From the IMG/VR virus record IMGVR_UViG_3300018049_001835: a stretch of 64,000 bases of DNA; one strand, 5' to 3'. The stretch comes from an uncultured virus (IMG/VR IMGVR_UViG_3300018049_001835). Taxonomy: Duplodnaviria > Heunggongvirae > Uroviricota > Caudoviricetes. A model generated the notes under the pieces. It worked only from the letters and a program-made list of their open reading frames with translations. It was not told the DNA's origin and did not search any database. How positions within the stretch are numbered: position 1 is the stretch's first letter; each line of letters starts with the position of its first letter. A program made the position numbers and the translations under genes. Positions 48,505-57,515 of this stretch are shown in pieces.

Positions 48505-50017
48505 CTTCAAGTACCTCTAATTTTGATTCGTCTAGCTCTTCATCTTCAGTTGAAACAGTAGGTTCAACTTCAAATAAACTATCAAAGTATGTACTAGAGT
48601 TGACAGTCTTCTTACCAACAGCACCTCTAGTACCTATAATAGACATCCAAAAACGGCTAAATTCTTCTATTACCGCTTCTGCTTCATCTCTGTTGTCAGT
48701 TGCAAATATTGCTTCCACAACATCTCTAAAAAATACCCTGTCAAAGCGTTCTTCAACAAGCATTGCCGGTATAATTCCATTGTCGTACTGTCTATTTGCT
48801 TCTTGTACAGCATTAATATGACTCCAAACATTATGGCCCATTTGAATAGCATATGAAAAACTATCCCAGGAGGTCTTTCCTTCTTTACCTATTTTGTTTA
48901 AATCACCAGGTGCATATGTACATACATCTGATACCTTAAGTCCAGTAGTTAACGGACTATCTTCGAAGTTAGCAAAAATACCATCTTGTAATACAGCATC
49001 TCTAAATAATCTGCTGTCAGTTGCATACTTTTTATTATCAACAGACGGAACCATTCTATAAACCCATTTGCTTCTATCTTGGGTTTCATTTTGAATATAA
49101 ATCTGTCCGTTTGCTGTAGCAAGAAACGGTGAAGCACAATCAAATGTAATTTGGAAGTTTGGATTGTGATACTTACGAACAGCTCGTTGAACGTCTGTTA
49201 GTAATGTAGCCCATTCTAGTTTCGAAGTACCTAAGAAGTGCATTACGTCATGCACACCCTTTTCCAATAGTCCGTCAAACCTCAATGCAACTAGACGTTT
49301 AAGAACCAAATGAATGTCGCACATGTTCTGTCCACCCATTGACCAACCGTTAAAATGGTCAGTATATTTTTTAGGATCACAGTAGTCTTTCATTTGCTGA
49401 TACCAATCCTCTGCATCAGCATGATTTTCACCTTGTAAAACATTTAAGAACTTACAAGCACCTGTTCTATGCTTCATCCAATAGTCGTTATTAATACGTG
49501 TAGCATTTACAGCATCTTGATAAGTGCTAATACCTGTTGCTTTTGCACCTGCAGGTGAACGTGAAACCCAAGCAGGAATATCAAGTATCATACCGTAATC
49601 CATATAAGCATCCATCCAACGGAGAACGCCGTCACGTTTCTTTTGTGCTTTTGGACAGTTTGGATCTTTCCAGTCACCTTCCCATACACCTTTACCAATT
49701 TGGAAGCCACCCGAGTCGCCCAGTAGCCAAGTATTTTCTCTATCTCTGTTTCGCACCATATCTTCTTTAGGTGCGTGTTTGTTGATGTCTAATTCAGCGT
49801 GTCCTGCTGAATACAGTGTCCATTTGTATTGGAATTGACCTTCTTGTTTGTTAAGATAGTTTAAACTCTCTACACCGTTAGCAAAGTTGCTAGGAATACG
49901 TGACTTATCTACATATTCATCAAAACGTTGCTTACCTACATAAGTTGCATAGAAACCACTTAGTGCAGGAAGAAAGATCGCATAATCGTTTTGTGTTGCT
50001 GTTAAGTCTTTATTCAT
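48476..50017 (-). CDS. dpdA: tRNA/DNA-guanine transglycosylase-family protein (DpdA-like)
   Basis: GDSGGFQ, MILDIP, VLQG, WSMGG, HFLG, TFDCASP, HN; no CxCxxC; clustered with folE/queE. Confidence 0.7.
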   Translation of the reverse strand: MNKDLTATQNDYAIFLPALSGFYATYVGKQRFDEYVDKSRIPSNFANGVESLNYLNKQEGQFQYKWTLYSAGHAELDINKHAPKEDMVRNRDRENTWLLGDSGGFQIGKGVWEGDWKDPNCPKAQKKRDGVLRWMDAYMDYGMILDIPAWVSRSPAGAKATGISTYQDAVNATRINNDYWMKHRTGACKFLNVLQGENHADAEDWYQQMKDYCDPKKYTDHFNGWSMGGQNMCDIHLVLKRLVALRFDGLLEKGVHDVMHFLGTSKLEWATLLTDVQRAVRKYHNPNFQITFDCASPFLATANGQIYIQNETQDRSKWVYRMVPSVDNKKYATDSRLFRDAVLQDGIFANFEDSPLTTGLKVSDVCTYAPGDLNKIGKEGKTSWDSFSYAIQMGHNVWSHINAVQEANRQYDNGIIPAMLVEERFDRVFFRDVVEAIFATDNRDEAEAVIEEFSRFWMSIIGTRGAVGKKTVNSSTYFDSLFEVEPTVSTEDEELDESKLEVLEDEQLHGEAQ

Positions 50018-50020
50018 TCG

Positions 50021-50749
50021 TTACTTGCTCTGTGCTGGAAGAATGTAATCGTATTTTACCATGCCGCTATCTACTGAAATCATCATAGCACCTTGATCCG
50101 AAATGCTCATAGTAATATCACCATCTAGATTAAGAATACTTTGAACTTGTGCTACTGGCCAACTCCAAGTGTGTTGAAGACTACCTTCTACACCGTGCTG
50201 GAAAACAAACTCACCTGCGTGTGTGCTTGCATCACCAAAGCTAAACACTAGATTATTATCCTTAGTAGTAACATTAAATGTAGGCTCTTCACTGTGTGCC
50301 GCACTCATTAGTTTCATACGTGCAATACTTGCAACACTAGGACTAAATGTTACATTCCATGATGCACCTTTGAACTTAACAGTTTTAAGTTTTTCCTCAA
50401 TAATTGCTTTGTTCATAAAGCGGTAATCATTTTGGAAATCGCCTGCAGCGTTTTCAAAGTGAATGTGTGTAGGAACAACTTCACCGTTACGTTCTGCTTC
50501 AACTACTTCTAGTTTAGCATCTTTTTGGTATTCAGGATTTTTTAAATGCAATGCAAGTTTATCCAAATTAGGCATACCAAACGTGCCTTTAAATTCTGCT
50601 ACAGGTGCATTTGTTTCACCTGATAAGATAACAGATCTATCATCTGCCATGCTTTCAACTGATGTACCTTCATCACTATTAATTTTAACTAGATTCAAAA
50701 AACCTAGTGCATGTGTATGAGCTACAATGTCTTGTAAAATATCTTTCAT
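50021..50749 (-). CDS. DNA polymerase sliding clamp (gp45/PCNA-like)
   Basis: 242 aa, beta-rich, ends YDYILPA; two-domain clamp-like pattern; near polB. Confidence 0.6.
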   Translation of the reverse strand: MKDILQDIVAHTHALGFLNLVKINSDEGTSVESMADDRSVILSGETNAPVAEFKGTFGMPNLDKLALHLKNPEYQKDAKLEVVEAERNGEVVPTHIHFENAAGDFQNDYRFMNKAIIEEKLKTVKFKGASWNVTFSPSVASIARMKLMSAAHSEEPTFNVTTKDNNLVFSFGDASTHAGEFVFQHGVEGSLQHTWSWPVAQVQSILNLDGDITMSISDQGAMMISVDSGMVKYDYILPAQSK

Positions 50750-51513
50750 AAGGGTTCTCCATTTGTAATGTTTATTATATTATCGTTGCCTTGCTTTGTC
50801 AAGAAGTTTTCTACCGTGTATTTAGGTTTCCAACCAAGGGCCTTAATTTTTTCTGTGTTTGCGCAAGTAAACTCACGCTCTCCAGGGGTATTTAGACGAA
50901 TGGGTAGTCCAGGTGCTAGGTCTTGAATCCTAACTGGAACACCAGTTCCTATATCTATTATACCTTTGACGTATTCTGCTTTGATTAATATTTCAATAGC
51001 ATCGAGTACATCGTTTAAATGAACAAAATCTCTATAGTGTTTTGTTACATATTCTAAAGTTCCGTCTCTTAGTTTTTTAAAAAACATATTTTCTCTTGTA
51101 CATGTATCCGAATAAACTGTATGAAAACGCATACCTAATGTGTTAGGATAACGTTCTGCTAATTCTTCTAAACAATACTTAGAAGCAGCATAAGGGTTTA
51201 GGTCAGGCTCATATGCACTAGAGCTACTTGCGTAAAGAATGCGTGTATCTTCAAACTTTTCAAAAAGACGTCTGCTTGCTTCTATATTATTCATCCAATA
51301 GCCTGCTGGATCTTTTAAACTTTCACGTACACCACTTTTACCTGCAAGATGTATTACAAGATCGACACGTTCCGGCCATTTATCAAAGTATAAAAGATCT
51401 TGATCGGCACCATCAGCAATGTCTATTGTATAAACTATATGCTTTTTACGTTGTAACCGTTTCAGCAACATTGAACCAATGAAGCCTTTATGTCCAGTTA
51501 AAAGAATTTTCAT
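50746..51513 (-). CDS. NAD-dependent epimerase/dehydratase (SDR)
   Basis: TGHKGFIG, HLA, YASSS, YAASK, RDFVH. Confidence 0.85.
   Translation of the reverse strand: MKILLTGHKGFIGSMLLKRLQRKKHIVYTIDIADGADQDLLYFDKWPERVDLVIHLAGKSGVRESLKDPAGYWMNNIEASRRLFEKFEDTRILYASSSSAYEPDLNPYAASKYCLEELAERYPNTLGMRFHTVYSDTCTRENMFFKKLRDGTLEYVTKHYRDFVHLNDVLDAIEILIKAEYVKGIIDIGTGVPVRIQDLAPGLPIRLNTPGEREFTCANTEKIKALGWKPKYTVENFLTKQGNDNIINITNGEPL
50774..50802 (-). promoter_or_regulatory. sigma70-type promoter for the clamp-dpdA operon
   Basis: TTGACA-17-TATAAT inside the 3' end of the upstream gene. Confidence 0.8.
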
Positions 51514-51926
51514 TTGTTTTCTCTTTCTACAACACTTTTTCTTAGTCCACTTGAACTAAATCTATGATCTCGTTTGTTAAAATATAGTTCTATGTCTCGT
51601 TGACGACAAATATCTTTACCAGTAAAATCTTTATCTCTATATTCTTCTCCAAGTATGCGAACGTGTATCTTATAAAGTTGTAGAATGTCTTCTAAATCTT
51701 GTTCTGTTCCGTATGGAATAATTTCATCAACATAACCTACAGCCTTTAGTTGTGTATAACGTTCAACAATAGTTTGAATCGGAGGGTTCTTATTAGGTCT
51801 ATCGACACTAGGATCCATTTGTAAACCTACCATTAAGTAATCACATTGATCTTTTGCTTCCCTAAGCATTTGGACATGCCCAGAATGTAGTAGATCAAAT
51901 GTACTACATGTAAATCCTACCTTCAT
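51510..51926 (-). CDS. glycerol-3-phosphate cytidylyltransferase-like (TagD family)
   Basis: STFDLLHSGH (HxGH), ER, VDEII, FSSS; GGAGG SD before MKVGF. Confidence 0.85.
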   Translation of the reverse strand: MKVGFTCSTFDLLHSGHVQMLREAKDQCDYLMVGLQMDPSVDRPNKNPPIQTIVERYTQLKAVGYVDEIIPYGTEQDLEDILQLYKIHVRILGEEYRDKDFTGKDICRQRDIELYFNKRDHRFSSSGLRKSVVERENK

Positions 51927-51957
51927 GTTACCTCCTCTTACAGCCATTTTCCTGTAA

Positions 51958-52152
51958 TCATGTTTTTAAACTCTCATATCTTATACATACCGCCTGAGTA
52001 CCTATTGGAAAATACTCATCCTTAGCACCTTTCTCAAGTGCTAATTTTTCTCTAGCAATAAAACACTCATTGACAGTGTCAAAACGACCATACTCTTTTG
52101 CAATAGGGTGTCCGTGTGCTGTTAATGCAATGTAAACTAAAACCCATTCCAT
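51958..52152 (-). CDS. small hypothetical protein
   Basis: 64 aa, GAGG SD. Confidence 0.55.
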   Translation of the reverse strand: MEWVLVYIALTAHGHPIAKEYGRFDTVNECFIAREKLALEKGAKDEYFPIGTQAVCIRYESLKT

Positions 52153-52265
52153 TAGTCTACCTCATAGTTTTCTGCTAAAGCTCTTAGCATTTCTATAAGC
52201 TCTCGTATAGTTGCTAGATCTTGATCTCTTTCTGTATCAATTTCTATTTCCATTTTTACTTTCAT
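52152..52265 (-). CDS. small hypothetical protein (37 aa, not in ORF track)
   Basis: MKVKMEIEIDTERDQDLATIRELIEMLRALAENYEVD; GGAG SD, TAATG coupling. Confidence 0.55.
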   Translation of the reverse strand: MKVKMEIEIDTERDQDLATIRELIEMLRALAENYEVD

Positions 52266-52266
52266 A

Positions 52267-54936
52267 TTACTCTCCAAAGTCAAACAAACTGTTAAATGTA
52301 TTGTGTTGCTTTGTATCTTCTAGCGGATAGTCTAACACACCAATTAAGTTTCCAAGTTTGTTATCGATAATTGTTTCTGCCATTGCTGAATCATCAAATG
52401 GCAGTTCTTTAAACCATTCAGGAATACGCAGCTCATCTGTTGGATAAGCGACACTTGTATAACCTAAAGGATTCTGTTTTAATTTGCATACAATAACTTT
52501 CATACCATCTACAATTTCTTGCGAATACTTGTCACCGTTCATACGTTTTAGTGTATTCCAGTTGATGCTTGCTCGTACGTGGCCTGGCATATTTGCCTTG
52601 CCTTGTTTTTGCTCTAGTCTCTGATAGTGTCCAATCTTGTTTGCACGTTTAGGCGAACCTTTCTCCCAACCTGGACGATTTTCAAACTCTTTTCTAAATA
52701 CAGTTATACGTTCAAGTACTTCTTCTTGTGGAACATCTGTAAGCACCATAAGAAGAATTTCACTTAGAAACTCTTGCATAAACACAGGAGTATCTGAACG
52801 CCTCAAGTCTAAGCCCATTGCTTTTACTTTGCCTGGTTTTCCATCTGTGTCTGTTCTAAAGCCTTCGTTATCATAAACTAGTGCCGCATAACGCTTCTTA
52901 GTAATATACAGTCCGCTTTGTGCTACAATTTCTCTACCAGCGGCAATAACTTCTGCACGACTTTTTGGACAATGAAATGCTTCACCCATAAAGTCTGAAA
53001 ATGTAGTATTAGCCGCTTCGCAAACTTGATCATACAGTGTTACCACAGTATCTTTATCAAAAGGAATTTTTCCTTCGTCAATATCATCTTTTAATACAGG
53101 ATATGCACTAAAGTAAACCGAGTCTGTATCACCGTATATAATTGCTTTGCCTACATGATCGTATTCACCTGTAATTACTTTGTTTACTTCTGCACTCATA
53201 TGTTTAACAATAGTACGACCAGTAAGTGTAGTTGATTGTCCTATCCTTTTGTCAAAAAATCTGCAACCAGGATTAAGAATGGCCCCGTAAAGAGAGTTAA
53301 GATTAATTTTCTTAACAAGTTGCCGTTTGTCCCAAAATGCAATTTCAGTTTCATTGCCTGCGTCTTTTGCTTTTTTGAGCATACCTTGTAGTTCTTTACG
53401 TTCTGCATACCACCTCTTTAGTAGTCCGGGAATAACTCCTTCGAACTCAGTTGTAAATATTGTACCATTAGATGAAAGCATCCAAGGTTGATTACTATCG
53501 AAAATTAGTTTATATAATTCAGCACCGCTTAATACATCGCTGGTTCCGTTTTCCCAATCCACAGTTAGTGCAACATCACGCTTCTGTTCCATAACAGCTT
53601 CATATTCTTCTGTGCTAAATCGTCCTTCCCAACTACCTGCAAATGACTTCTTTTTAAGTGTCATATCTTCGTGTACACGGGCTTCTGATATCTCTGGACG
53701 TATTTGTCCTATGATTGTTTCTGGAGCCATGTTCAGCGCACGAATCACACTAGGATATAGACTGTTCAAGTCCATTGACCCAATCCATTTATGCAAACCT
53801 TTTTTGGGAAACGCAACATATGCACCTGCGGCTTGTGTGTTCTCATCATCACGTCTAGGACGATTAGGAACTTGTAAGCCTCTGTTATGTGCTTCGTTTA
53901 CAATCGCTTGCTCTGTAACAGCAACAGCACCCATTGTAGTTTGTAGTAGTACAGTATTTGCATGAGCAAGTTCATTGCTAAGATCAATAAAGCGTAGCTT
54001 CTTGTCTAGTTTGTCTAGTAGTGCGGTATCTTGTATGTTATATTCGATAAATTTGCGGAAGTCATTGTTGTATAATTGATCTAATGTACCTTCATATGGT
54101 ACTTTGTTTTCGCCTACTTCAATCTCACCAATAGCATCCAATCGATATGAGTGTCGTTCTTCGTATGTGTACTTACGATATAGTTCTAGACTGTCTAAAT
54201 GCACACGACCTACTAAGTCAAATGTTTCTGCTTGCTTCCCATATTTTTCATATTCACGCTTCTTAGGAAGTTGTCCCCACAAACAAAAACGTCTTGTATC
54301 ATCTTTGCTGAGTACACGACTTGTTCTGTTTACAGTGTAAGGAATATCATAACCCTCACTGTTCCAACCTGACAAAATATCAGCATCTTCAATCAGCGTT
54401 AAGAACGTGTCGATCATATCACCTTCACGTTCAAACAGCATTACATTTTCGATACCTTCAAGTTCTTTCTTTGCCTGCTCCATTGTAAGTGTCTTAGGCG
54501 GAACAGCAAGACAAACCATAGTTTCCATCCATTGCAAGTATACAGATATGGATGTAATGGGCATAAACGGATCACTAGGATCAGCAAAGCCTCGCTCCGG
54601 GTCAAAGTCTGTTTCAATATCGAAAAACGCAATGTTTAGTTTAGGAGCATCTTGGTTGAGATAATTCTCACTTAGACATTGAAAGATCGGATTAATATCG
54701 CTTTCAAAAAGTTCTTTGTTTTTATTGATGGCAACTTCTTTGCGGAAGTCTTTTGTGTTTTTACAAACAATACGTGTTAGGGGATCTCCGTACACACTTT
54801 TGTACTTACCACGCTCGTCTTTGTAGTAGAATGTGTACTTTGCTTGATACTCGTGAAAGTGTCTCTTTCCATCTTTACGCTCTACAACTCTGATGATATC
54901 AGAATCGCGATCAAACATAGCGTCAACGTAACTCAT
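52267..54936 (-). CDS. family B DNA polymerase
   Basis: FDIETD (ExoI), DLNSLYPS, K...NSLYG, YGDTDS, KKRY. Confidence 0.95.
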   Translation of the reverse strand: MSYVDAMFDRDSDIIRVVERKDGKRHFHEYQAKYTFYYKDERGKYKSVYGDPLTRIVCKNTKDFRKEVAINKNKELFESDINPIFQCLSENYLNQDAPKLNIAFFDIETDFDPERGFADPSDPFMPITSISVYLQWMETMVCLAVPPKTLTMEQAKKELEGIENVMLFEREGDMIDTFLTLIEDADILSGWNSEGYDIPYTVNRTSRVLSKDDTRRFCLWGQLPKKREYEKYGKQAETFDLVGRVHLDSLELYRKYTYEERHSYRLDAIGEIEVGENKVPYEGTLDQLYNNDFRKFIEYNIQDTALLDKLDKKLRFIDLSNELAHANTVLLQTTMGAVAVTEQAIVNEAHNRGLQVPNRPRRDDENTQAAGAYVAFPKKGLHKWIGSMDLNSLYPSVIRALNMAPETIIGQIRPEISEARVHEDMTLKKKSFAGSWEGRFSTEEYEAVMEQKRDVALTVDWENGTSDVLSGAELYKLIFDSNQPWMLSSNGTIFTTEFEGVIPGLLKRWYAERKELQGMLKKAKDAGNETEIAFWDKRQLVKKINLNSLYGAILNPGCRFFDKRIGQSTTLTGRTIVKHMSAEVNKVITGEYDHVGKAIIYGDTDSVYFSAYPVLKDDIDEGKIPFDKDTVVTLYDQVCEAANTTFSDFMGEAFHCPKSRAEVIAAGREIVAQSGLYITKKRYAALVYDNEGFRTDTDGKPGKVKAMGLDLRRSDTPVFMQEFLSEILLMVLTDVPQEEVLERITVFRKEFENRPGWEKGSPKRANKIGHYQRLEQKQGKANMPGHVRASINWNTLKRMNGDKYSQEIVDGMKVIVCKLKQNPLGYTSVAYPTDELRIPEWFKELPFDDSAMAETIIDNKLGNLIGVLDYPLEDTKQHNTFNSLFDFGE

Positions 54937-54999
54937 TTATTCTCCTTCGTTGCTTGTGGCCAACTTAACCTTCTACTTGCCAGGCAATTGCCTTTGGCG

Positions 55000-55278
55000 T
55001 TATAAAATATATAGTCTAGATAGGGCGATACTGTTCATAATTATGAACCATCCAGTTAGTATTAATACCCAAGGTAACTTACGTCTATATGCACCATAAA
55101 AACTTGCACAACTACCTACAAAGTAAAAGGGTAAAAATATATCTGGTCTAGGCACAAGTACAGTATATGTAAGTATAGCACTACCTATTATAACAGATAT
55201 TGCACCTACCATTTCTGCATAGTGTGCAATCGGATCAGAATTCAAACTTTCTAACCAAAATTCCCTAATACTTTGCAC
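55000..55278 (-). CDS. small membrane protein
   Basis: Three hydrophobic segments. Confidence 0.6.
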   Translation of the reverse strand: MQSIREFWLESLNSDPIAHYAEMVGAISVIIGSAILTYTVLVPRPDIFLPFYFVGSCASFYGAYRRKLPWVLILTGWFIIMNSIALSRLYIL

Positions 55279-55538
55279 TACTTGTCCTTACCGACTGTGA
55301 CAACTAGTGTTTCTAAGTCATCAAATTCGTCAGACACTCTTTCCCAATCACCTTTTTGTGCAATTTTAATTGCTTTATTAATTAAACTTGGCTTGATATC
55401 AAGTTCTTCTGCTACGGCTTTTACAGTATCTTTTAAACCTAACTGTAAATCTTCTACTTCCTGTAGTACTGTAACACCTTCATTTACTAGTCTTTCTAGT
55501 TTGGCCTTTTCATCGGCACCGAAAACACGACTTCCCAT
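55278..55538 (-). CDS. dsDNA-binding protein (T4 DsbA/GapR-like)
   Basis: EVEDL...KDTVKAVAEELDIKPSLINKAIKIA helical pattern. Confidence 0.55.
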   Translation of the reverse strand: MGSRVFGADEKAKLERLVNEGVTVLQEVEDLQLGLKDTVKAVAEELDIKPSLINKAIKIAQKGDWERVSDEFDDLETLVVTVGKDK

Positions 55539-55564
55539 AAGGATCTCCTTTAAATTTAAACACT

Positions 55565-55593
55565 ATTATATTATATTATTGAGGTCTTGTCAA
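55565..55593 (-). promoter_or_regulatory. sigma70-type promoter for the dsbA-like/polB operon
   Basis: TTGACA-17-TATAAT on the minus strand. Confidence 0.85.
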
Positions 55594-56432
55594 GAGCTTT
55601 TTTCGGCTAATTTGCGATAAAGCATTTCTTTGATAGATTCTTGAGAAAAGTCTTTCTTGTATTTCTCTTTGCGAGGAATGACTTTGGTTTTGTCACCGTG
55701 TGATCCAGCTGCACCACTTTTACGTAATGCTTCCATATCACGCCAATTAGGATCTCTAGCCTTTATAACTGGTTTCTTATTTTTCTTTGCCTCTTTTTTA
55801 GTTTCTGCCTTTTTAATTAAATCTAATAGTTCTTTCTTTAACATCGGATCTGCTAAAATTTTGTTTAGTGTATCCGAATATTTGTCTAATTCTTTGTTAA
55901 AATAACTTTGCTTCTTTACTACTGTTTTTGTTGTTTTAGGTTTAGGATCTTTTTTACCTTTACCTGTAAACACATTACTAATACCCTTAGTTAGTGCGTC
56001 TGGACCTAGTGCTCCACCAGGTTGTACTGATTTGTAACCTTGCTGGAAAGCATCTAATGGGCCTTCTTCTATGTTATTGTCTAAACTATCACCTACTAGT
56101 TTATTTCTAGCAGGATGTGGACTTTCGTTACCACCCGGCTTAGAGCTTTTTGTAAATGCATCTTTGCCTTTAAGTTGGCCTGCACTACCTTTCTTTTGTC
56201 CTTCTGTAAGAGTAACACCTGCTAGTTTAGCAAAGTCACTTATACTGTATTCTCTGTCAACAGGCATAGTTCCTTCTGGAACTTCCACACTTTCCTGCAC
56301 GTAATTTTTGGTATTTTCCACACTTTTCTGCGGCAAAGAATCATTTGCTTGTGCTTGTAACTTAGCAAGATCTTCTGCAGGGTTAGTTGGTTCTATATTA
56401 AATAATGTATGTTGAAGTTTATGAAAATCCAT
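55590..56432 (-). CDS. Lys-rich modular protein, candidate internal head protein
   Basis: KLAGVTLTE, IEE, SQE, LAE motifs separate basic segments. Confidence 0.55.
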   Translation of the reverse strand: MDFHKLQHTLFNIEPTNPAEDLAKLQAQANDSLPQKSVENTKNYVQESVEVPEGTMPVDREYSISDFAKLAGVTLTEGQKKGSAGQLKGKDAFTKSSKPGGNESPHPARNKLVGDSLDNNIEEGPLDAFQQGYKSVQPGGALGPDALTKGISNVFTGKGKKDPKPKTTKTVVKKQSYFNKELDKYSDTLNKILADPMLKKELLDLIKKAETKKEAKKNKKPVIKARDPNWRDMEALRKSGAAGSHGDKTKVIPRKEKYKKDFSQESIKEMLYRKLAEKSS

Positions 56433-56434
56433 AA

Positions 56435-57274
56435 CTACATCTTTACACAGTTATCAACGGTCTTACCGCCTTTTTTCTTGGTGCCCATACGCTTGTAGCC
56501 TTTCCAGCATACTTTACCGTCAACACCTTTTTGCTTTTCTTCTTTTACGTTACGCCAGTTTGGGTATCCGCAATCTGAACATAAGTTTTCAACTTTCTTT
56601 GGTAAACCCTTATGCTTTGTTGCGGCAAAATCTTTAGCATCTTTCTTACTAATGTCTTTTGCTACTTTTGCAACTTCTGGACTTGCTGGCTCTTCTCCTT
56701 TTTTAGCGGAGTAAACCATACCCATAAATTTTTGTTGTGCTTGTGATTTAGCTTTTTCTACTAAACTTTTTTTTTGACTTAAATTTTCTGAAAGTTTATC
56801 TGATAAAGACTCTTTATAGCCTTTTTCTTTCTTAGCAATAGCAATAGCAGCCTTTTGTTTGTTGCTTTTGCCTTTGCCTTCGCTTACAGCATTACAATTA
56901 CAATACTTACATGTTGGAGGACATGTGCAATCTTCAGCTTTAACATCAGAACCACAGCACTTGTCTGAACAATAAGTATCTTTGCCTTCGCCGATAGGAG
57001 CCATATCGTCTTGTGCTTCTTGATAGTCGAGATGATGATATACAGAACTTAGATAATCTGCAGCTTTAGTGATTTTAGATTGTACCCAACCTTCTAGCCC
57101 TTCAGCTTCGCTTACACCTTTGAGCATCTCATGTAACTTAATTGAATACTTAGCGGCTTTGTACAACTCGGCACGTGCCATTTGTACTTCGTGATCTTTC
57201 TCTGCTCTGTCTGCAAGATCAGCTAATCCTTCTTTTACAAGTTGGTCTTTATTTTTTAGTTCTGCTTCTCTCAT
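56435..57274 (-). CDS. modular protein with Cys-rich and basic modules, candidate internal head protein
   Basis: Modules bounded by VKE/IGE/VSE/LVE; CSDKCC..CTCPPTCKYCNC; KAKSQAQQKFMG; CWKGY..G.K....VDNCV. Confidence 0.6.
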   Translation of the reverse strand: MREAELKNKDQLVKEGLADLADRAEKDHEVQMARAELYKAAKYSIKLHEMLKGVSEAEGLEGWVQSKITKAADYLSSVYHHLDYQEAQDDMAPIGEGKDTYCSDKCCGSDVKAEDCTCPPTCKYCNCNAVSEGKGKSNKQKAAIAIAKKEKGYKESLSDKLSENLSQKKSLVEKAKSQAQQKFMGMVYSAKKGEEPASPEVAKVAKDISKKDAKDFAATKHKGLPKKVENLCSDCGYPNWRNVKEEKQKGVDGKVCWKGYKRMGTKKKGGKTVDNCVKM

Positions 57275-57301
57275 TAGTAACTCCTACTAAGTATATTTAT
57301 C
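57274..57301 (-). promoter_or_regulatory. GATAAATA motif plus SD-in-loop hairpin
   Basis: Minus strand GATAAATA-TAC-TTAGTA-GGAGT-TACTAA-TG. Confidence 0.55.
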
Positions 57302-57515
57302 TCTTTGCTACTTTGCCGCCCATCAAATTGTTTTTGATATCAAGTGCATTTTTTGCTGTTCCGTCTGAATTCTTTGCTTGCGGCGCTTCAGGAGCACCGT
57401 ATTTGCCTTTTTTCTTTCCTTTTGCATATGCATATGTAGGATTTACGACACTTGCAATACTACCTGCTGAACTTGCACCTGCACTAGCGGCTTCTGTAAT
57501 ATCTTTTATTTTCAT
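57297..57515 (-). CDS. small basic protein, candidate internal head protein
   Basis: MKIKDITE-AASAGASSAGSIA N-terminus. Confidence 0.6.
   Translation of the reverse strand: MKIKDITEAASAGASSAGSIASVVNPTYAYAKGKKKGKYGAPEAPQAKNSDGTAKNALDIKNNLMGGKVAKR

Noticed and set aside
48476..50017. Calling this a housekeeping tRNA-guanine transglycosylase (tgt)
   Set aside because: Lacks the CxCxxC zinc motif, is long and divergent, and sits next to clamp and polB; a DNA-acting role is more likely though unproven
52267..54936. Intein or intron in polB
   Set aside because: Continuous 889 aa ORF; no intein terminal motifs or homing endonuclease seen
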